Assembly (NCBI GenBank): GCA_021800315.1
Contig: JAJYZD010000003.1
Coordinates: 1-32,824, forward strand
Length of the DNA stretch: 32,824 bases
Origin: Bacillota bacterium
GTDB taxonomy: Bacteria > Bacillota > Desulfotomaculia > Desulfotomaculales > JAJYZD01
Direction of reading: 5' to 3'
The translations under genes were made by a program, and so were the position numbers. Shown here one piece after another: positions 27,304-32,824 of this stretch; the stretch's first letter is position 1; each line of letters begins with the position of its first letter. Under the pieces are notes generated by a model, which saw only the letters and a list, made by a program, of their open reading frames with translations, was not told the DNA's origin and did no database searches.

Positions 27304-27579
27304 GACCGCCGAACTGGGTTTGGGCATTGTTCATATCCTGATGTTGAAGTCGTTCACCCTGCCTGGACACCGGCGCGCCGGAAACCGGGCGGATTGGAAG
27401 CCGGTACCGGGCCCGTGGAAAGGGAATCAACCAGGCGGATCCCGTCCCATGGCAAACAAAGACCGTGCCGGCCGGATGCCGGGACCTTGCTTTCGCGTCG
27501 AGCCCACCCCTTTTTTGCATGCGGGTGGCTTTAGTCACGCCGGTCCGGCGGAGACGGGGCGGTATACCGCCAGCCCTTC

Positions 27580-28989
27580 CTACCAGGCGGAAGATTCGGC
27601 TCCCTCTGTACCTGGAAGCTGCTTCTCTTGGCCGGTCGACAGATCCCTGAGCCAGAGGCTCCCGTCCCGTCTGAAAACAAAGGCCGTGTTGTCCGGATTC
27701 CACGCCACGAGCTTCGTCCATAGGTCTTGCGCCGGAAAGGACATAACCGTAGCGAGCCGGCCGGCCCGGATATCATAGGTATAGACCGTGGCCAAGCCGC
27801 CCGCGCTCGGCCCGCCGGCAGGCAGCACGGTGACGAACGAGAGGCGGTCCGTGCCAAGCCAATGCAGGGCGGAGACCCTGACGGGGGGCAGGTTCCAAAG
27901 CGGGGTCACCTGTCCTCCGGTGGTCACCAGGTAAATGCCGTTATTGGCCGACTGGGCCGGTCCCTGCAGGTTGTCAGTGGAACCGGCGAAAGCGATCCCC
28001 TGCCCGTCGGGACGCCAGGCGTAGCCCCCCGCCCAGAGTCCTTGGTCAGTTAAAGGGAGCAGCGGAACCGGGCTTCCGTCCCAGGGCAGGTCGTAGATCG
28101 TCACCGGTCCGACGTCGGAGCGCTGGTTTTCAAAGGCCAGGCCGCTGCCGTCCGGATTGACGGAAACGCCGCCGGCCAACCTGGTGGACAGCCGGACAAG
28201 ATGGCTTCCGTCGGCCGCGGCCACATAAAGTTTATCCCCGGGCACATACGGGTTTGGCTCTCCGGCCACCGGGTTTTTCCCGTCCGGTGACCCAAGGGCG
28301 AGGTCGAAGCCTGGGATGCTGCCGTCAGACAGGACCTCGGACGCCGAGGCAGGCAAAAGGAGGGTAGACCGGCCGGTCCGCACGTCGATACTCACCACGT
28401 CCCCGCCCGGATAGCCCTCATCGGCCTTTGGGGTTTGTAGCGGTTCGGATGCAGAGGACTTTCCCTTCCCCCGCAGGTAGTCGGCAACGGTATAGTTCCC
28501 GGTGGCCGTCAATTGCACGGCCTGGGAACCGTCCGCCGCCACCCGGTAAAGGTTACGGTCCAGGGTGAAAACAACCGGCGGCTCTCCGGGCTGAGAACCC
28601 ATGCTCTTTTCATACGCCAGTATTTTGGCGGCGTTGGCTTTCTCCAGCGGCGACAGCCCGGCGGCGATGTCTTTCTCGGTCGTGGCCGCGTCCACCGTGA
28701 TCGGAGCAGGGTGGTACCACGACTAGGACGCGAAATAATCCTTCCAAAACGGGGTCTGGAAGATCCAGCCGTGCCGGGCGTATATTTCGTTGCGCATGAT
28801 GTCCAGCCGATGCCGGGACAAACCCTGCAAATCCTGCGTCGTGACCGGCCTTGAAGCCGTCCAGGGATAAAGGACGGTGTTATGGGAGGCGGCGGGGAGC
28901 TTGACCGCGGGCGCACCGCACCCGGCCAGAACGGTCACCAGGATATTCGTCCAGAAAACGGCCCGGCCTCGCCGGCAAACAGTCTTCAC
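27580..28989 (-). pseudogene. YARHG-domain + TolB-like beta-propeller lipoprotein interrupted by one in-frame TAG (nonsense allele or amber readthrough)
   Basis: GGGAGG RBS, GTG 28989, lipobox LAGC. Reads RNEIYARHGWIF...DYFAS-TAG(28725-28723)-SWYHP...LSPLEKANAAKILAYE in one frame, then PD40-like repeats (SPDGK, NPDGS, WRPDGQ, WNPDN). Confidence 0.8.
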
Positions 28990-29080
28990 CGCGAAACCTC
29001 CCTTCCCAAGGAACGCCGGCCGGCCGGTACGGAAACCGGTCCGGCTATTTCCAGCCAATGGACAAGGAGCCATGTTTCCC

Positions 29081-30247
29081 TCACTGTCCGCGGGGAAAGG
29101 ATACGCTGCTGAAATAGGCACTTTGCGCCTGGGATGGAAGCCCCTGCACCTGGTTCCAGGTCGTCCCTCCGTCTGTGGTCGCCAGAAAGACGCCCCGGTC
29201 GCCGACGGCCCAGCCGTCCTTCGGGTTGACGAAGTGGACGCTTCTAAGCAGGTTGCCGGAAGTTGTGGTTTGTAGCGTCCAGTTCCTCCCTCGGTCTGTC
29301 GTCGCCAGCACGCCGCCGGCCACGGCCCATCCGTCGCGCGAGTTTACGAAGTCCACCCCTTGCAAAAAAGAAAAAGAGGAAGAATCAGCGGCAGAGGGGA
29401 GCGTCTGTACCGACCAGGTTTGCCCGCCATCTGAAGTCGCCAGGATGAGGGGGGTAAAACGCATGCCGTTTTGGTAAGGCCCCGCAGTCCGGGCACCGAC
29501 AACCCAGCCGTTTTCGGCCCCGGCGAAAGAGACGCCGGCCAGCCCCGCTATCGATATGCCGGCGGGGATATTCTGCACGGTCCAGGTCCGGCCGCCGTCG
29601 GTGGTGGCCAGGATGCCGCCGCCTACGGCCCATCCGTCCCGGGGGTTGGCGAAAAATACGCTGCTCAGACCCCAGGCAACCTTTCGCAGGGCGTGCTGCG
29701 GCGTCCAGTTCGAGCCGCCGTCGGTGGTGGCCAGGATTACGGGGGAGTTGGTGTTTTGGTTAACACCCGCCACCCAGCCATCCCTGGGATTAACAAAAGA
29801 GACGGCGTTCAGGATATCTCCGGTTATCCGGTAAGGATCGGCGTACTGCTGCCTCCAGCTGGTTCCACCATCGGTGGTAGCCAGGATGATGGAGGAATCC
29901 GAACGTTCGTTAACCCCGAGAATCCATCCGTCCCGCGCGTTGACGAAATCCACCTTCTCGATTTGGGCATCCGTAAGACCCGCGCCCGGGTTTTGAGCCG
30001 TCCAGGTCCGGCCGCCGTCCCCGGTGGCCAGGATGACGGGAGTAGAGGTTTGGGGCGGCTTTCTGCCGTGGATCAAGTAGCCCGCCGCCCAGCCTACGGC
30101 TGCCTGCCTTTGGACGGGGGGAGCGCCGGCCGGCGGGGAAGGCTTAGGAACAGGCCGGCCGCCCCCGCAGCCCGCCAGACCCAGGACCAGGAGCAGGGAA
30201 GCCAGGGACAAGGCAGCCCCGGCAAAAGGCCTTGCTTTACGAAACAT
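29081..30247 (-). CDS. YCF48/BNR-repeat seven-bladed beta-propeller lipoprotein
   Basis: Lipobox LAGC and Pro-rich linker. Seven (I/V/F)LAT.D.G..W repeats and repeated F.N..DGW motifs. GGAGG RBS. Confidence 0.9.
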   Translation of the reverse strand: MFRKARPFAGAALSLASLLLVLGLAGCGGGRPVPKPSPPAGAPPVQRQAAVGWAAGYLIHGRKPPQTSTPVILATGDGGRTWTAQNPGAGLTDAQIEKVDFVNARDGWILGVNERSDSSIILATTDGGTSWRQQYADPYRITGDILNAVSFVNPRDGWVAGVNQNTNSPVILATTDGGSNWTPQHALRKVAWGLSSVFFANPRDGWAVGGGILATTDGGRTWTVQNIPAGISIAGLAGVSFAGAENGWVVGARTAGPYQNGMRFTPLILATSDGGQTWSVQTLPSAADSSSFSFLQGVDFVNSRDGWAVAGGVLATTDRGRNWTLQTTTSGNLLRSVHFVNPKDGWAVGDRGVFLATTDGGTTWNQVQGLPSQAQSAYFSSVSFPRGQ

Positions 30248-30459
30248 AACCTTAAAACCTCCAAAGGTGGACTCTTACGGAGCCGAGACCAGCCTGACGA
30301 CTTCGTTACTCCCCGAGGGCACACGGGAGGTGGGCTTCAGGGGCGTTCCCTAATAAAGCATATGATTACCGGGCGGCCCAAATCAAGGTCCGCACCCGAC
30401 CGAAAGCCTCCGGTTTCGCCGCGCTACCGGTGCCTGCCGGGAGGCGGCCACGGACCGCA

Positions 30460-31131
30460 TCATTGCAGCAGGGCCTGGAACCGCGGATCATTGCGCACGT
30501 TGTCAAAATCCTTTTCCTTGGCGGCGATACCCTTGACCCCGCTCCAGATACCGATGGCCCGGCGCAGGTACTTCACAGTCATGGGCACGTTGCCCTGCCG
30601 TCCGTAGATAGCGGCTATGCCGTAATAGGTCCACTCGTCGTTCCTGTCCAGGGCGATGGCGGACTTGTAGGCGGCGATGGCCTGATCCCAGCGGCCCGCC
30701 AGTTCGTAGGCCAGACCCAGGTTGAAATGAGCGTACTCAAAATCCGGTTTCATCGTTATAGCCTGTTGAATCATCCGGATGCCTTCATCGTACCGGCCCA
30801 GGAAGGCATAGGTGGCGCCCTTGGCGTTCAGGGCCTGGTAGGATTGGGGATCCAGGACCAGCGCCTGGTTGAAAAGGTCCAGGGCCGGCTGGTAATCCCG
30901 CTGGTAATACAGCTTCAATCCCTTCCGGTACAGGTCCAGGGCGGTTGCTGTGTTGGAAGTAGCGGCGCCGCCGACCGGCTTTTTGACCGCCGGCACGGGG
31001 TGGGGTATGGAAGGAACCGCAGGCCTGCTCCGGCCCAATACAGGAAAAAACAGGTATGCCGCCACCGCTCCGGCTATGACCAACCCGGCAACCGTACCCG
31101 CTATAACCCGCCCCGGCACCTTGGACTTCAT
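30460..31131 (-). CDS. Membrane-anchored TPR protein
   Basis: N-terminal TM helix and Pro-rich linker. TPR motifs (ALNAKG..Y..LGRYDE, AHFNLG.AY...GRWDQA) and C-terminal KDFDNVRNDPRF. Start is ATG 31131 or GTG 31140. Confidence 0.88.
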   Translation of the reverse strand: MKSKVPGRVIAGTVAGLVIAGAVAAYLFFPVLGRSRPAVPSIPHPVPAVKKPVGGAATSNTATALDLYRKGLKLYYQRDYQPALDLFNQALVLDPQSYQALNAKGATYAFLGRYDEGIRMIQQAITMKPDFEYAHFNLGLAYELAGRWDQAIAAYKSAIALDRNDEWTYYGIAAIYGRQGNVPMTVKYLRRAIGIWSGVKGIAAKEKDFDNVRNDPRFQALLQ

Positions 31132-31165
31132 CGCCGGCACCCCCTTCTCTGTGCCAACCGCCTGC

Positions 31166-32104
31166 TCAGTGTTCCGCCTCCCTAATCGCCGCCAGCATAC
31201 TCCCGGCCGAGAATCCAGGATAGACCCGGTATATGTTCCAGGTGTCCGCCCGGGGATCCGGCCGGTTGACTCCCGGTTCCTGCAGGAAGAAATAACGGTA
31301 GCCGAGTCCGGTCAGGATGTTCCTGGCCGTTGAGGTCGATCGGCCATCCGGCCAGGCGAAGTCCACCGGATCGGCGACACCCACCTTCTTTAACTCAGCG
31401 GTCATTTTGGTGGCGTCGGCCAGGATCCTCTGCGCGTATTCGGCAGTGGTTTCCATCCTGTGCTGGTCAGGCAGGTACTTTCTGACGGAATAAAACCACC
31501 CGGTCTGAGTTCCGTCCGGCCCCGTCCAGACCTGGTAATGGCCGTTGTAGGTATGTCCCCCGAAGGACCATACACCCGAGCCGAGCATTCTCTCCGCCTC
31601 AGCGGCGCTCACATAGTGCCAGTAGGCCCGCATGTGCGCGTCCGGATCCCACCAGCCCGTGATCATGAACATGGTGGCCGTCAAATTGTACTTTTCCAGG
31701 AGCGGCGTGGCGTACTTGTACGTGTCCTCGTAACCGTCGTCAAAGGTCAATAACACGGCTTGGACAGGGACGGTCGCCTCGCCGCGCAGAAACTTGTGGA
31801 AGGCGGCGAGGGAAATTACGTGGTAACCGTTGTCCAAAAGCGCCTGGAGTTGGTCGTCCAACTCCCCGGGCGTCTCAATCGCCGGATCCTGCCCGGCCCT
31901 GTGTTCATAAGGGGGATAAGAGGTGTCGGGCGAAACGTCGTGGAACTCCAGCACGATCACCTGGCTGCCTACCGGGACGGACGGGGATGGCTGCGCCGCC
32001 GCCGGCCGCTGATGCACATTGTTTTTCGGCGCGTTTGACGAACACCCCGTTAAGACCATGGTCAAGATGATTGGGAATATTCCCATAAGGCAAATCCTGT
32101 TCAT
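31166..32104 (-). CDS. Polysaccharide deacetylase (CE4/NodB; IcaB/PgaB-like) lipoprotein
   Basis: Lipobox LTGC. Motifs VLEFHDV, LLTFDDGY, ATMFMIT, GGHTYNGH, FAWPDG. ATG 32104 is best spaced from GGAGGG. Confidence 0.9.
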   Translation of the reverse strand: MNRICLMGIFPIILTMVLTGCSSNAPKNNVHQRPAAAQPSPSVPVGSQVIVLEFHDVSPDTSYPPYEHRAGQDPAIETPGELDDQLQALLDNGYHVISLAAFHKFLRGEATVPVQAVLLTFDDGYEDTYKYATPLLEKYNLTATMFMITGWWDPDAHMRAYWHYVSAAEAERMLGSGVWSFGGHTYNGHYQVWTGPDGTQTGWFYSVRKYLPDQHRMETTAEYAQRILADATKMTAELKKVGVADPVDFAWPDGRSTSTARNILTGLGYRYFFLQEPGVNRPDPRADTWNIYRVYPGFSAGSMLAAIREAEH

Positions 32105-32406
32105 GCCGCCCATCCCTCCGGCACAACTATCCCCGGGATCCTACCGCCTGGTTCTTTCTCCCGCTCCGCAGTTCGCAACAAGAGGACTCCGCACCGTTGC
32201 CGCCCACCTTGGGGAACCACCTCCGCGGAGGCTCGCACGCCAGGGTCTCCGGGCCGGCTAACACCAGGGTCAAGTAATTCGAGCGAAAAGGAATCAAAAA
32301 TGGTTAGCGCTTACAGCTTGCCGCTTCCTGAACCAAGCGGATAGGCACTTCATGCATTCTTCGAGGTGCAACAGATATTTCCATTTATTACCATATATTG
32401 TAACTT

Positions 32407-32435
32407 ATTATACCACGATGAGGATTTGCTGTCAA
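32407..32435 (-). promoter_or_regulatory. Consensus sigmaA promoter (with extended -10) for the lipoprotein cluster
   Basis: Minus strand reads TTGACA-GCAAATCCTCATCGTGG (17 nt)-TATAAT, i.e. TGnTATAAT, in an AT-rich patch. Confidence 0.85.
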
Positions 32436-32824
32436 TAGTTTTCTTCACTAGGGGTGCACGACAGAAATATGATGTCCCATAAGGCATTGCCAAGCCCCCT
32501 AAGGTAGAACGGCGAGTGCCTGACCCAGAAGTCGGTTATATGCGGCCCCAACCTCATAGAAGGCTGCCCATGTACTCCCATGCCATGTGCAGCATGGTCT
32601 GTCTGTTCGTCCACCACCGTGTGGGTTGAAACTCCGGATCCGGTACTGCAACGTAAGTAAACGTTGTACCGGTGCCCTTAAAGACCCGGGTAAACATCAA
32701 GGCTCGGTCACCTCTGTCGCCCCCCTCACCCCGCTGGGCATATCCGGGTTCACCCCCTCCTTCGTGGCCGCGCCCGGGCCGGATGCGGGCGCTTCGGTGA
32801 GCATGACCGTCTACGGCTGGGGGC

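Noticed and set aside
27455-27540. c-di-GMP-I riboswitch-like GACGCGAAAGC and sigma54-like CGGCACG-N4-TTGT on the minus strand
   Set aside because: Lacks the GGCAAAC/GNRA architecture, and the -12 GC is not conserved.
29590-30040. Repeated GCCGCCGTCGGTGGTGGCCAGGAT-like units as a CRISPR or DNA repeat array
   Set aside because: They are the coding BNR repeats (ILATTDGG) of the YCF48-like protein, with irregular in-frame spacing.
32205-32270. ydaO/c-di-AMP riboswitch-like words (GGGGAACC...GCTAAC)
   Set aside because: Wrong strand for the downstream genes, and the other conserved elements are missing.
32432-32700. Small minus-strand ORFs (32554..32700, 48 aa with GAGGTG RBS; 32432..32617)
   Set aside because: No recognisable motifs, and one overlaps the -35 box. 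Cannot be supported without homology or expression data.

Overview
GC-rich bacterial chromosome segment, most consistent with an anaerobic Bacillota (Peptococcaceae/Desulfotomaculum-like). This taxonomic call is inferred from gene content, GGAGG-type RBSs and sigmaA/sigma54 promoters. The window has five blocks. (1) The 5' part of a DUF499-type ATPase running off the left edge, possibly a defence island. (2) A lone 2-hydroxyacyl-CoA-dehydratase-type activase, then a putative sigma54-driven operon: acyl-CoA dehydrogenase, cobalamin adenosyltransferase, a split B12 acyl-CoA mutase with isobutyryl-CoA-mutase signature residues, and an MBL hydrolase. (3) An AT-richer sugar porter plus GH15 cassette next to a truncated EamA gene. 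(4) A ~14 kb minus-strand corrinoid methyl-transfer cluster: four Zn-motif MtaA/CmuA (UroD-fold) paralogues, corrinoid protein, RACo activator, MtrH/MtgA-like methyltransferase, MFS importer, OsmC- and CMD-like thiol proteins, a QueG/RdhA-like Fe-S protein and a membrane HdrE/D-like fusion. It has no classical MT1 and is the best candidate for an undescribed system. (5) A cell-envelope lipoprotein cluster (CE4 deacetylase, TPR, YCF48/BNR, YARHG-beta-propeller, BNR) whose YARHG gene carries an in-frame amber codon. All calls come from motif recognition by eye; no searches were run.
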